A stretch of DNA of 64,000 bases from an uncultured Clostridia bacterium (GCA_946406145.1 CAMJJL010000002.1:22078-86077); one strand, 5' to 3'. Shown: positions 20,127 through 29,348, counted from the first letter of the stretch. The notes: generated by a model from the sequence alone, not told the origin. Made by a program: numbers and translations.

Positions 20127-20502
20127 ACTAGATAGGACAATTGAAGAGAGAATCAATCATAGTCTTGTGTGTCGACCGGCTTGACACATGAAACCATATC
20201 TATATAAAAACAATGGAGGCGAAATGAAAATCAATACGAACAGCAAAGGTATAACGGAATAAAGGAGGAATGACCGACACAGATAGAAGCGCTGCCCTAT
20301 GGCAGCAAACCGTAAAGTAATAAATAAAGAAGACCTGATGGGATTACCGCCATCCCCAGAAACAAAGCGAGAATAGAAAAGGTATAAGATAATAGGCAGG
20401 GAGCAAATGTGAAGCTCCCTGCCTATAACACTATGTATAATTGTAAAATGCAACAAATCCGAAACAATCACCTGAGATGACGATTTCGGATTTGTTATGC
20501 TT

Positions 20503-20547
20503 TGGTGGAGATAAGCGGATTCGAACCGCTGACCTCTTGAATGCGAA
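20503..20547. repeat. attL: 45-bp direct repeat (displaced tRNA 3'-half copy)
   Basis: TGGTGGAGATAAGCGGATTCGAACCGCTGACCTCTTGAATGCGAA is identical to 37684-37728. Its reverse complement ends in a T-arm (AGCGG TTCGAAT CCGCT), an acceptor strand and ACCA. Confidence 0.85.
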
Positions 20548-20699
20548 AGGTTGAAAAGCCGTACCACGGGGTCACACGCAGGTTATTTCAACACCACCGA
20601 TTATCGGAGAAAAGCCAGTGTTTATGCGGGTTTGTGAGCTATCAACCGCAAAAACGTTTAGAAGAAGCCAAATCGCGATTTTCTCAAAAAATCGGAAAA

Positions 20700-20730
20700 T
20701 TGTTAGAAAAAGTGTTAGATAAGTGTTAGA
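20700..20730 (+). repeat. Cluster of three (G/T)TGTTAGA direct repeats (putative integrase arm-type sites, left arm)
   Basis: TTGTTAGA at 20700, GTGTTAGA at 20712 and GTGTTAGA at 20723. A matching cluster lies at 37548-37588. Confidence 0.5.
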
Positions 20731-20867
20731 AAGCCCGCCGTTGCAAAGCGTTATTTCACCCGAAAAAGGAGAGATCTCTACTCCCGTTTTCGGGATCTTT
20801 TTTGTTTACGTTACCATGAAAAATCGGAGTCAACTCTTGCAAACATTTCCGGTCTTCAAATGCTGAT

Positions 20868-21515
20868 TTATGCGGACTGTAACGGGACTATCTTTTCCAG
20901 AAGCTCCTCGGGTTCGCAATACAGCGCCTTCGCCAGCCTGATTACATACTCTGCCCGCGCCATGTTGATGTTCTTCTGACGCTGCTCATATTGCTGGATC
21001 GTTCTCAACGGAACGCCGCTCTCCTCGGCAAGCTGAGACTGGCTCAGCCCCGCACGCTGGCGGTATTGCTTCAGCTTGGTCGTTCTGTTGCTCAGATACC
21101 TTTCATCGAGCAGATCGCAGAAGTGTCGGATATCCATTTCGTGGTAGGGAGAATACAGCGCCTTGATCTTTGTGATATCTTCCGCATCAACGATCTCGCG
21201 GAATGGTATACCTGTGTTCCACTGATAGTACGCAAGCGCCCAGCCGAGCCAGTATTCTTCGGAGCGATCCATAGAGGGCTTCGGCTGAGTGCGTTCTGTT
21301 GTGTCACCGATGACAGCATACGCCATTTCGATTCCTGACATACCAGCCAGAAGCGAGGAATCCCCTTGCTCAAACCGTTTACAGACGTCGCTGTCCAGGA
21401 ACTGCTTCCAAAATTCCGTCAAGTCAAGATGAAGATCGTATACAGCAAAATCCAGCATCCTGCCCAGCGCCGTTCTTGCTTTCTCAAGGTAAACCTTATC
21501 GTAAGCGTGGATCAT
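20868..21515 (-). CDS. DUF3791-like domain fused to a C-terminal XRE-type HTH
   Basis: 215-aa ORF with the C-terminal HTH LKQYRQRAGLSQSQLAEESGVPLRTIQQYEQRQKNI. It overlaps the upstream DUF3990-like gene by 20 nt. Confidence 0.6.
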   Translation of the reverse strand: MIHAYDKVYLEKARTALGRMLDFAVYDLHLDLTEFWKQFLDSDVCKRFEQGDSSLLAGMSGIEMAYAVIGDTTERTQPKPSMDRSEEYWLGWALAYYQWNTGIPFREIVDAEDITKIKALYSPYHEMDIRHFCDLLDERYLSNRTTKLKQYRQRAGLSQSQLAEESGVPLRTIQQYEQRQKNINMARAEYVIRLAKALYCEPEELLEKIVPLQSA

Positions 21516-22173
21516 GCGGTTTCATCTCCTCGTCCAGAATCGTGGTGATATACAGATCACCCCTTTGTCGTTTGTTGCGTTCTGTATTGAAGTATTCGCG
21601 CCGTGCGGTCTTATCGCGAAGCTGTTTTTTAGCGTACCACTCGCTGTGCAAAGCGACTTCATTCCCAACATAGTGTATGCGGTTGAAAGCCTCTTTACTC
21701 TTGAGAACGATCTGCTGACCCAGCTTGCCCAGGTGCATCGCATTGTTGAGCTGACGGTAGGAGATCGTGCCGTTGATAAAATCCTGCGCAAAGGAGAAAT
21801 AGCTGTCATCGGCGCGGTAGCCGATCATGATATCTGCCTTTGAATAGTTGATCAGGAAGTTATTCAAAATGTATTCCTTCGCTTCCAAAGCAAGTCCGGA
21901 TGGGACGTCAAACTCACGATTCTCCAGCAGAACCGCCAGCCAATGGAGGATGCAGTAGTCATCGCTGTTCAGATCAAGCACGCTCAAACCGTCCATCTCA
22001 ATATCATAGATATTGGCGAAGCCGTCGCGATCTAAAGACACGCCCCATTCTTTAGCCATCTCGATGGAATCGGTGCAGTAGAAGCCGAGACCGTAGTCGT
22101 TGTAGCGCTTGCCGTAACCAAACTTCGGCTTTTCGATGACGTCCTTTGAACCATGATAAATGCGCTGAATCAT
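21496..22173 (-). CDS. DUF3990-like protein (possible ADP-ribosyltransferase-fold toxin)
   Basis: 225-aa ORF with an N-terminal IYHGSKD ... GLGFYCT pattern. This recalls the H-Y-E ART/PARP motifs HGS and GxGxY. The family name is from recall. Confidence 0.55.
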   Translation of the reverse strand: MIQRIYHGSKDVIEKPKFGYGKRYNDYGLGFYCTDSIEMAKEWGVSLDRDGFANIYDIEMDGLSVLDLNSDDYCILHWLAVLLENREFDVPSGLALEAKEYILNNFLINYSKADIMIGYRADDSYFSFAQDFINGTISYRQLNNAMHLGKLGQQIVLKSKEAFNRIHYVGNEVALHSEWYAKKQLRDKTARREYFNTERNKRQRGDLYITTILDEEMKPHDPRLR

Positions 22174-22195
22174 CCTGTTACCTCTTTTCTCTGAC

Positions 22196-22250
22196 TACTC
22201 CCACAGGAGTATGTTCTTTTACAGCTTCATTATACTCCCATAGGAGTATA
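22196..22250. promoter_or_regulatory. Two operator-like palindromes TACTCC-N4-GGAGTA
   Basis: TACTCCCACAGGAGTA at 22196-22211 and TATACTCCCATAGGAGTATA at 22231-22250. Both lie in the divergent intergenic region between the DUF3990 operon and the HTH-hsd operon. Confidence 0.5.
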
Positions 22251-22287
22251 ATGTCAATGATGAATACAAAATATATTTGAATTATAA

Positions 22288-22341
22288 TTGACAATTCATG
22301 AATGCTTATGTTAAACTGTTCTATGTTATAGAACATAGAAC
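22288..22341 (+). promoter_or_regulatory. Putative promoter plus operator upstream of the HTH-hsdMSR operon
   Basis: TTGACA at 22288-22293, an 18-nt spacer containing TG, then TAAACT at 22312-22317. This is followed by the inverted repeat GTTCTAT-GTT-ATAGAAC plus an extra ATAGAAC half-site (22318-22341). Confidence 0.4.
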
Positions 22342-22363
22342 ACTAAGAAGGGAGGTGCTACGG

Positions 22364-22804
22364 ATGAAGCAAGCTCACGATGAAAACAAAACGATAAAAA
22401 AGGCAAGAATCCAACTGGGTAAGATGATCCAAAAGCTGAGGGATAAGCGTGGCTTCAGCTTACGTGAATTAGCGAGACAAGTCGATATGCCCCCTTCAAA
22501 CTTGAAGTATATCGAAGATGGCGTCAACGCTCCAACTTCCGATAAATATCTGAGTATTGTTAACGCACTGTCGCCCGAGCATAATGAGCGACAAAAACTG
22601 GATTCTACTTACAGCCTCATCCGTGGAACACCTCCTCCGGATGTATGCAGGATCCTATGCTCTAACAAAGATTTGAATGATGTTATCAGATTGATCGACG
22701 GGGTTGAGTTGAATCCCAATCAAATTATTCAGATAAAACAACTATTCAGTTCATTTATTCATACCCCCTCGGAAGGAGAAACAGAAAATGGCAAAGATTT
22801 ATAA
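22364..22804 (+). CDS. XRE-family HTH regulator (controller-like) preceding hsdM
   Basis: ATG 22364 after GGGAGGTG is preferred over 22298. It has the HTH LRDKRGFSLRELARQVDMPPSNLKYIEDG. Its 3' end overlaps the hsdM start by 17 nt. Confidence 0.7.
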   Translation: MKQAHDENKTIKKARIQLGKMIQKLRDKRGFSLRELARQVDMPPSNLKYIEDGVNAPTSDKYLSIVNALSPEHNERQKLDSTYSLIRGTPPPDVCRILCSNKDLNDVIRLIDGVELNPNQIIQIKQLFSSFIHTPSEGETENGKDL

Positions 22805-24914
22805 TTATGAGGTTATGCTTGACGATACCTCGATAGATGTCAGTAAAGAAGTCGCTCTGGTATGGTCGATAGCGAACTCTCTGCGCGGAGCATATACCTC
22901 CGACAAATATAAAGATGTCATCATCCCGATGGTAATCATTCGTCGATTTGAGTGTGCGCTTGCCGACACAAAGGACGCCGTAGTTGCTAGGTATAAAGCA
23001 AATCCTACTCAGCCCGCAGCGATCCTTGAAACTGTTTCGGGTTACCCCTTCTACAATACCAGCGATTATACACTGGCGCGTCTTTTGAACGACAGCGATA
23101 GTATAGCTGATAACTTTAAAAGCTATATTGACGGCTTCTCGGCAAATGTGCAGTCGATCATCTCTAACCTTGATTTCAAGAAGCAGATCGACAAGATGGA
23201 TAAAAATAACCGCCTTTACGGTGTCGTCAAAAAATTCTCCGAGATCGATTTCAATCCGAGATCTATCGACGGTCTGAAGATGGGCTATATCTTTGAAGAT
23301 CTGATCCGTCGCTTTTCAGAAAATGCTGAAGCCGGCGATCACTATACCCCCAGGGAGGTTATCCGTTTGCTCACTAACATCCTGCTCGCAGAGGGGTGCG
23401 AGGATCTGCTGACGGAAGAAGGCAAGATCGCTACCGTACTCGACGCGGCATGTGGGTCGGGAGGTATGCTCTCCACAGCCAAGGATTTTCTCGAGAGAAA
23501 GAACACAGGCGTCGATGTACGATTGTTCGGTCAGGAGATCAACCCGGAATCCTTTGCCATCTGTATGGCAGATATGCTGATTAAAGGGCAGGACGCAAGA
23601 AACATTCGCGGCGGTGAAGAAGCGAACACCCTCAAAAAGGATTGTTTCCCCGATCAGAAGATGCGACTCGTGATCATGAACCCTCCATTCGGTACCTCTT
23701 GGGGAGGAAAAGATGCGCCCGACGGACAAGAGAAAGCCGTCCGCGATCAAAAGAAAAGGGGCGGTCGATTTGAACATGGGCTGCCTGCTACGGGCGACGC
23801 TCAACTGCTCTTTATGCAGCACGCTATCAATAAGCTCGATGACAGAAACGGACGTGCCGCGATCATCTCCAACGGTTCTCCCCTTTTCTCCGGCAGTACG
23901 ACGAGCGGCGAGAGCCAGATCAGACGCTGGATGCTGGAGGAGGATCTGATCGAAGCGATCATCGCTTTGCCGTCACAGTTATTCTACAATACCGATATCG
24001 GAATCTATGTCTTTATCCTCTCCAGAAATAAGCGTTCCGACCGTAAAGGAAAGGTACAGCTGATCAATGCGGTAGATATGTGGAAACCTCTGCGCAAATC
24101 TCTCGGCAAAAAGCGCAGAGAGATCGACAAAGACAGTATGAAGCGTATCACAAAGCTGTATGCCGATTTCAAAGAAACACCGCACTGCAAGATCTTCCCG
24201 AATGAAGAATTCATGTTCCGTGAATACTCTGTTTGGCAACCGCTTCAAAGGCGAGCTGTGCTGAACCGGGAGAGTGTTGACCGTCTCAGGAACAGCGCGT
24301 ATTTCACCGCGAACGCTAACCTGTATAACGATGCGGAATTCGAAGAACTGGAAGAAATGAACCCTCGCAGCGTTGCCGATGAGAAGAAGTACAAGAAGTA
24401 TGTCGCGGGTAAAGCGTTCGCTGCAGAAGTCCTGCAAATACTGGAGGATAACCTCTCCGAAACCGTGTATATGGATTACGCGGTATTTGAAAAGTATCTC
24501 AAAAAGCTCCTTTCGAACGTAGACGGTTATTCTGATAGTCGGCTGACGAACATTGCGATGATACTGTCCGAGATGGATAAAACGGCTGTGGTTCAGAAAG
24601 ACAAGAAGGGCAATATCATCACAGACCCCACCACCAAGGATACAGAGATTATCAAGCTGACGAAGGATCCCGAAGAATACTTCCGCGAGGAGGTCTATCC
24701 CCATGTTCCCGACGCTGTATGGGCATATGAGTTTGATCCGTCAAAAAAGGAGAGCCAGACGAATAAGGAGAGGCAAGGAGCCGAGTTCCCCTTCACCCGC
24801 TTCTTCTATCAGTATAAGGCACCCGAAAAGGCTGACGATCTGCTGGCACAGTTCATGAAACTGGAAAAAGATCTGAGCGAAAAGATCGCCGCTTTGCAGG
24901 AAAGCGAGGGCTGA
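22788..24914 (+). CDS. hsdM: Type I restriction-modification system methyltransferase subunit
   Basis: 708-aa ORF with the SAM motif DAACGSGGML and the catalytic motif NPPFG. It is followed by hsdS and hsdR. Confidence 0.9.
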   Translation: MAKIYNYEVMLDDTSIDVSKEVALVWSIANSLRGAYTSDKYKDVIIPMVIIRRFECALADTKDAVVARYKANPTQPAAILETVSGYPFYNTSDYTLARLLNDSDSIADNFKSYIDGFSANVQSIISNLDFKKQIDKMDKNNRLYGVVKKFSEIDFNPRSIDGLKMGYIFEDLIRRFSENAEAGDHYTPREVIRLLTNILLAEGCEDLLTEEGKIATVLDAACGSGGMLSTAKDFLERKNTGVDVRLFGQEINPESFAICMADMLIKGQDARNIRGGEEANTLKKDCFPDQKMRLVIMNPPFGTSWGGKDAPDGQEKAVRDQKKRGGRFEHGLPATGDAQLLFMQHAINKLDDRNGRAAIISNGSPLFSGSTTSGESQIRRWMLEEDLIEAIIALPSQLFYNTDIGIYVFILSRNKRSDRKGKVQLINAVDMWKPLRKSLGKKRREIDKDSMKRITKLYADFKETPHCKIFPNEEFMFREYSVWQPLQRRAVLNRESVDRLRNSAYFTANANLYNDAEFEELEEMNPRSVADEKKYKKYVAGKAFAAEVLQILEDNLSETVYMDYAVFEKYLKKLLSNVDGYSDSRLTNIAMILSEMDKTAVVQKDKKGNIITDPTTKDTEIIKLTKDPEEYFREEVYPHVPDAVWAYEFDPSKKESQTNKERQGAEFPFTRFFYQYKAPEKADDLLAQFMKLEKDLSEKIAALQESEG

Positions 24915-24916
24915 CC

Positions 24917-26254
24917 ATGGCAGAACAAATGAAACCGAGCGGGATTGCTTGCATTGGTGATATTCCCATGAGTTGGAAGGTTGAGCCCATAAAATACCTC
25001 GTAGAATTCTACAATGGTGATCGAGGCGAGAATTATCCATCAAAAGGAGAGATTATTTCGACTGGTATACCGTTTATAAATGCAGGACATATCCAAAACG
25101 GTAGCTTGAACATGGATGATATGGATTACATCTCGGAACAAAAGTATAAAACTATGGGTGGAGTAAAACTTTGTTCAAATGATATACTATATTGTTTGCG
25201 CGGTAGCATAGGAAAAAATGCAATTATTGATATATCAAAGGGAACTGTTGCTTCCTCTCTTGTTGCAATAAGAAGCATTAGTATTAATCCCTTATTCTTG
25301 TTCTTTTCACTGAATACAAGCATCGAAGAAGAACAACGTTCTCTTTGGGATAACGGAACAGCGCAACCAAATCTTTCTGCTGAAGATTTAGGAAAGTTTA
25401 AGGTGTGTATCCCTCCCACAGATGAGCAATCCTTGATTGCGTCCCACATAAAAGTAAGATGTGGCGAGATTGATAGCATTATTGCCGATATCGAAAAGCA
25501 AATCGAACTGCTGAAACAGTACAAAAAATCCCTGATCACCGAAACAGTAACCAAGGGCCTGGATAAGTCCGTACCGATGAAAGACAGCGGGGTGGATTTT
25601 ATCGGAAAGATACCCCAGCATTGGGGCGTAAAAAGACTGAAATATATGTTGGAAAACTCAGATAACAACTTGAAAGTTGGACCGTTCGGCAGTTCATTAG
25701 CAGGTAGCGATTATACTGATGAAGGCAAATGGGTATATAATCAACGCTTAGTCCTTGATAATAACTTTACCGTAAACGATACATTTGTATCTGAAGAAAA
25801 GTATAAGGAACTCATTTCATTCCGTGTGTATGCTGATGATATTCTCATTACAACCAGAGGAACAATAGGAAAAGTGGCAATTGTTCCCAAAGGAGCAGAA
25901 ATAGGTATTCTACATCCATGTTTGATTAGATTTCGGATAAATATGGATACAATGATATCAGAATTACTCATGCTGATTTTTAATGAATCTGATTATGTAA
26001 AAGAACAATTGGTTTGGATGAGTAATGCCACGACTATCGAAGTTATTTACTCGTATTCTCTTAAGAATATTATTCTGCCAATTATTCCGATAAAAGAGCA
26101 AAAAGCAATCTTTGAATTTTTGAATAGCAAATGTAATCTGATAAACAAAATAATAACTGAAAAAGAGGAAGCACTTGGATACTTGCAACAGCACAAGAAA
26201 TCCCTTATCTATGAATATGTCACGGGTAAGAAGCGCGTAAAGGAGGCTATGTGA
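24917..26254 (+). CDS. hsdS: Type I R-M specificity subunit
   Basis: 445-aa ORF with two target-recognition halves, each followed by a conserved helical spacer (LLKQYKKSLITETVTKG and LQQHKKSLIYEYVTGK). It is visibly more AT-rich than its neighbours. Confidence 0.9.
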   Translation: MAEQMKPSGIACIGDIPMSWKVEPIKYLVEFYNGDRGENYPSKGEIISTGIPFINAGHIQNGSLNMDDMDYISEQKYKTMGGVKLCSNDILYCLRGSIGKNAIIDISKGTVASSLVAIRSISINPLFLFFSLNTSIEEEQRSLWDNGTAQPNLSAEDLGKFKVCIPPTDEQSLIASHIKVRCGEIDSIIADIEKQIELLKQYKKSLITETVTKGLDKSVPMKDSGVDFIGKIPQHWGVKRLKYMLENSDNNLKVGPFGSSLAGSDYTDEGKWVYNQRLVLDNNFTVNDTFVSEEKYKELISFRVYADDILITTRGTIGKVAIVPKGAEIGILHPCLIRFRINMDTMISELLMLIFNESDYVKEQLVWMSNATTIEVIYSYSLKNIILPIIPIKEQKAIFEFLNSKCNLINKIITEKEEALGYLQQHKKSLIYEYVTGKKRVKEAM

Positions 26255-26255
26255 T

Positions 26256-29240
26256 ATGGCAATCAAAAGCGGACAGCTCAAAGAAAAAACCGATTATCAG
26301 GCATATATCCTCGAGATGCTGCGCGATGAGAACGGTTACCGGATCCGTCCCGCGACTGCGTTTGAGCCCGGTTACGGTATGGACACGGAGCTTCTCTTTT
26401 CGTTCCTGCAGCAAACGCAGCCCGAAGAGATGGAAAAGCTGCAAAAGCTCTATCGCGACAAGACCCGCCCGACGATCCTCAATTATATCAATAATGAGAT
26501 CAATAAGAAGAACCGCTCCCTGCTGGATGTGCTCAAGCACGGCGTAGAGTTCGACACCGGTATTACGCTGCGACTGATGTACCGCAAGCCTGCGAACTCC
26601 TTTAATCCAAAGGCGGACGCCCTCTATCAGCAGAACATTCTCTCTGTTATGGAAGAGGTGTACCATAAAGAAGGCGAGCGTATCGACCTTGTCATTTTCC
26701 TCAACGGTATCGCGATCTTTACCTTTGAATTAAAATGCAATACCAGCGGTCAGAACTATGAGGATGCGATTCGTCAGTATAAGTATGAGAGGGATTACAA
26801 AACCCGCCTGCTGAAATTCAAGGCGGGATGTCTGGCGCATTTTGCGATGGATCTGAACGAGGTGTATATGTGCACCAACCTCAGAGGAAAATCTTCCTTC
26901 TTCCTACCGTTCAACAAAGGAAGCGGCGAGGGAATCAACTCCGGTAAGGGAAACCCGCATAATGAAAACGGGATCAACGTCGCCTATATGTGGGAGGATA
27001 TTCTGAAAAAGGATACCGTCCTGTATCTGATCGACAAGATCATTTTCCTGCAGAAGACAGTCAGGAAGAATCCCGATACAGGCAAGAGAGAGAAGAAAGA
27101 AACGCTTATCTTCCCTCGCTATCACCAGCTCAACGCCGTGCGCAAGGTCATCGCCGATGTGACGGAACATCATACGGAGAAGAACTATCTGATCCAACAC
27201 TCTGCCGGCAGCGGTAAAACGAATACGATCGCGTGGCTTGCACACCGTCTGGCTTCTTTGCATGACGCCGAGGATCATGTGATCTTTGACACTGTATGTA
27301 TCATCACCGATCATATCGTAGTCGACCGACAGCTGCAGGATGCCGTACTCTCTCTGGAACACAAAGCCGGTCTGATTAAAGTTATGGACGATTCCTGCAA
27401 CGCCCAAGATTTAGCGGACGCGCTGAACAGCAACACGAAAATCATCGTTACCACTATTCACAAGTTCATGTATATTCATGACGCGGTAAAGGAACTGAAA
27501 AACAAGACCTTTGCGGTCATTATCGACGAGGCGCATTCCTCTACCGCGGGCGTTATGATGGAATCGGTCACTTATGTTTTATCGGAAGACCGCGGGGACG
27601 ATGATATGAGTATGGCTGATCTGATTGAGGAGGAGATCGAAAGAAGCGGTAAACAGCCGAATGTTTCGATGATAGCCTTTACTGCTACTCCAAAGCCGAC
27701 AACGCTCCAGCTCTTCGGCACACTTAACGAGGACGGCAAGAAGGTTGCGTTTGACCTCTACTCTATGAAACAGGCGATCGAAGAAGGATTTATTCTTGAT
27801 GTTCTGCAGAACTATGTGACCTACAAGACGTATTACCAGATCAATAAAGCGATCGAGGACGATCCCGAGCTTGAAACGATAGCGGCAAAGCGAAAAATCG
27901 CTAAGTACATAGAACTGCATGATACGAATATTGCCCAGAAGGTCGAGATCATCATCGAGCATTTCAAGAATAATGTCATGAAAGAACTCGACGGCAAGGC
28001 GAAGGCGATGGTTGTAACCTCCTCGCGCCAGTCTGCGGTGAAGTATCGAAACGAGTTTGTCAGCTATGTCACCAAACACGGTTATACAGGGATCCATGCG
28101 CTGGTCGCTTTCTCCGGTAAGGTGACTCTCGACGGAACCGAATACACCGAAGCTGCGATGAACGGCATCTCTGAAGAAGACCTTCCCGAGACATTCGATT
28201 CCGGCGATTATCAGGTACTGTTGGTAGCTAATAAATACCAAACCGGATTTGACCAGCCTAAGCTGTGCGCAATGTATGTCGATAAGAAGCTGCGCGGCGT
28301 TTCTGCTGTACAAACCCTGTCACGCTTGAATCGAATCTGTTCTCCTTATGATAAAAAGACCGTGATTCTGGATTTCAAGAATGAATATGAGGATATCCAG
28401 AATGCTTTTGCTCCGTTCTATACTGCCACCATTCTTAACGAGACCATTACTCCGTCGGATATCAGAGCAGTAGAAGCACAGGTAGATGAATACGGATTTT
28501 TGGATATAGATGATATCGATCGCTTCAATGAGTATTTGTATCAGGACAAGAGAAGCGGCTCCGATAAGGCAAAGATGTGGTCACTTTTAGACAAAGCGTT
28601 ACAGCTGATCAATCGTCATACGGATCTGGAGAAGATGGAGATTCGCGCTACGATTAAGCGCTTCCTCCGATTCTACAGCTTCCTTATCCAAGCAACCTGC
28701 TTTGAGAGCATTGACCTTCATAAGAAGTATAATTTTCTCTCCTATCTGGTAAAAGAGATCGAAGTCGGCGGAGGTGGAAACGATTTTGATATCGCCGACA
28801 AAATTACCGCATCGAACTTCCGTCAGAAGAAAACAAGGGAGCAGTCTGCCGAGATCGACTCAAAGCCGGAAGTCAATCTGCCAAAGCCGAACGAGGTCTA
28901 CTTTGATGAAACGACCAAAAAGAAACTGTCAGAAATAATCGAGGAAATCAACGCAACATATAACAAGAGTTTTGATGTAGATGTTGCGACAAAGTCCGCC
29001 TTGCAGATGCGAGATCTGCTTTTGAAAAACGGTCACCTTCGTGACAGTGCCAGAAGCAATAATCTCAGAGACTTTGCTTTTGCATATTATGATGCAGTAC
29101 AAGACGCACTGCTTGATGGCTATGAGCAGAATCAAGATTTTTTTGCCCTGTTATTGGAAAATGATGAGAAGAAGCGTGAGCTGATGCGTGTTTTTCTTGA
29201 AGATGTATATAAAGCTCTTCGAAGTACTGATGATAATTAA
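26256..29240 (+). CDS. hsdR: Type I R-M restriction endonuclease/helicase subunit
   Basis: 994-aa ORF with Walker A HSAGSGKT and a DEAH box (VIIDEAHSS). Confidence 0.9.
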   Translation: MAIKSGQLKEKTDYQAYILEMLRDENGYRIRPATAFEPGYGMDTELLFSFLQQTQPEEMEKLQKLYRDKTRPTILNYINNEINKKNRSLLDVLKHGVEFDTGITLRLMYRKPANSFNPKADALYQQNILSVMEEVYHKEGERIDLVIFLNGIAIFTFELKCNTSGQNYEDAIRQYKYERDYKTRLLKFKAGCLAHFAMDLNEVYMCTNLRGKSSFFLPFNKGSGEGINSGKGNPHNENGINVAYMWEDILKKDTVLYLIDKIIFLQKTVRKNPDTGKREKKETLIFPRYHQLNAVRKVIADVTEHHTEKNYLIQHSAGSGKTNTIAWLAHRLASLHDAEDHVIFDTVCIITDHIVVDRQLQDAVLSLEHKAGLIKVMDDSCNAQDLADALNSNTKIIVTTIHKFMYIHDAVKELKNKTFAVIIDEAHSSTAGVMMESVTYVLSEDRGDDDMSMADLIEEEIERSGKQPNVSMIAFTATPKPTTLQLFGTLNEDGKKVAFDLYSMKQAIEEGFILDVLQNYVTYKTYYQINKAIEDDPELETIAAKRKIAKYIELHDTNIAQKVEIIIEHFKNNVMKELDGKAKAMVVTSSRQSAVKYRNEFVSYVTKHGYTGIHALVAFSGKVTLDGTEYTEAAMNGISEEDLPETFDSGDYQVLLVANKYQTGFDQPKLCAMYVDKKLRGVSAVQTLSRLNRICSPYDKKTVILDFKNEYEDIQNAFAPFYTATILNETITPSDIRAVEAQVDEYGFLDIDDIDRFNEYLYQDKRSGSDKAKMWSLLDKALQLINRHTDLEKMEIRATIKRFLRFYSFLIQATCFESIDLHKKYNFLSYLVKEIEVGGGGNDFDIADKITASNFRQKKTREQSAEIDSKPEVNLPKPNEVYFDETTKKKLSEIIEEINATYNKSFDVDVATKSALQMRDLLLKNGHLRDSARSNNLRDFAFAYYDAVQDALLDGYEQNQDFFALLLENDEKKRELMRVFLEDVYKALRSTDDN

Positions 29241-29248
29241 CGGCCTTT

Positions 29249-29283
29249 CAGCCATAGCTTTCCTACCGGACAGGCTATGGCTG
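29249..29283 (+). terminator. Hairpin terminator after hsdR
   Basis: 10-bp stem CAGCCATAGC / GCTATGGCTG. The T-tract is weak. Confidence 0.45.
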
Positions 29284-29348
29284 AATTCTTTCGCTTGACT
29301 TATCCGATTTTCATGGTATTGTGTTATGCTTGTAAGGAGCGTGAGCAT

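Noticed and set aside
20224-20320. Tiny ORFs (12 and 16 codons) downstream of the orphan promoter, considered as real peptide genes.
   Set aside because: They are too short to evaluate. The second ATG is only 1 nt from its GGAGG. They are kept only as part of a low-interest finding.
20157-20567. 136-aa minus-strand ORF spanning the orphan-promoter region and the att repeat.
   Set aside because: It runs through the tRNA-derived att core and two strong hairpins. It has no RBS, and its only Met codons are the first residue and one near the C-terminus. It is almost certainly non-coding.
22298-22363. Upstream extension of the HTH gene (track start 22298) and similar 5' extensions. Other examples are 14134, 15811, 18103, 36155, 39955, 46153, 47433, 53591, 54549, 57536 and 59811.
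   Set aside because: In each case an internal ATG or GTG has a properly spaced GGAGG-type RBS. The extension either overlaps the upstream gene, contains the RBS itself, or covers operator or hairpin sequences.
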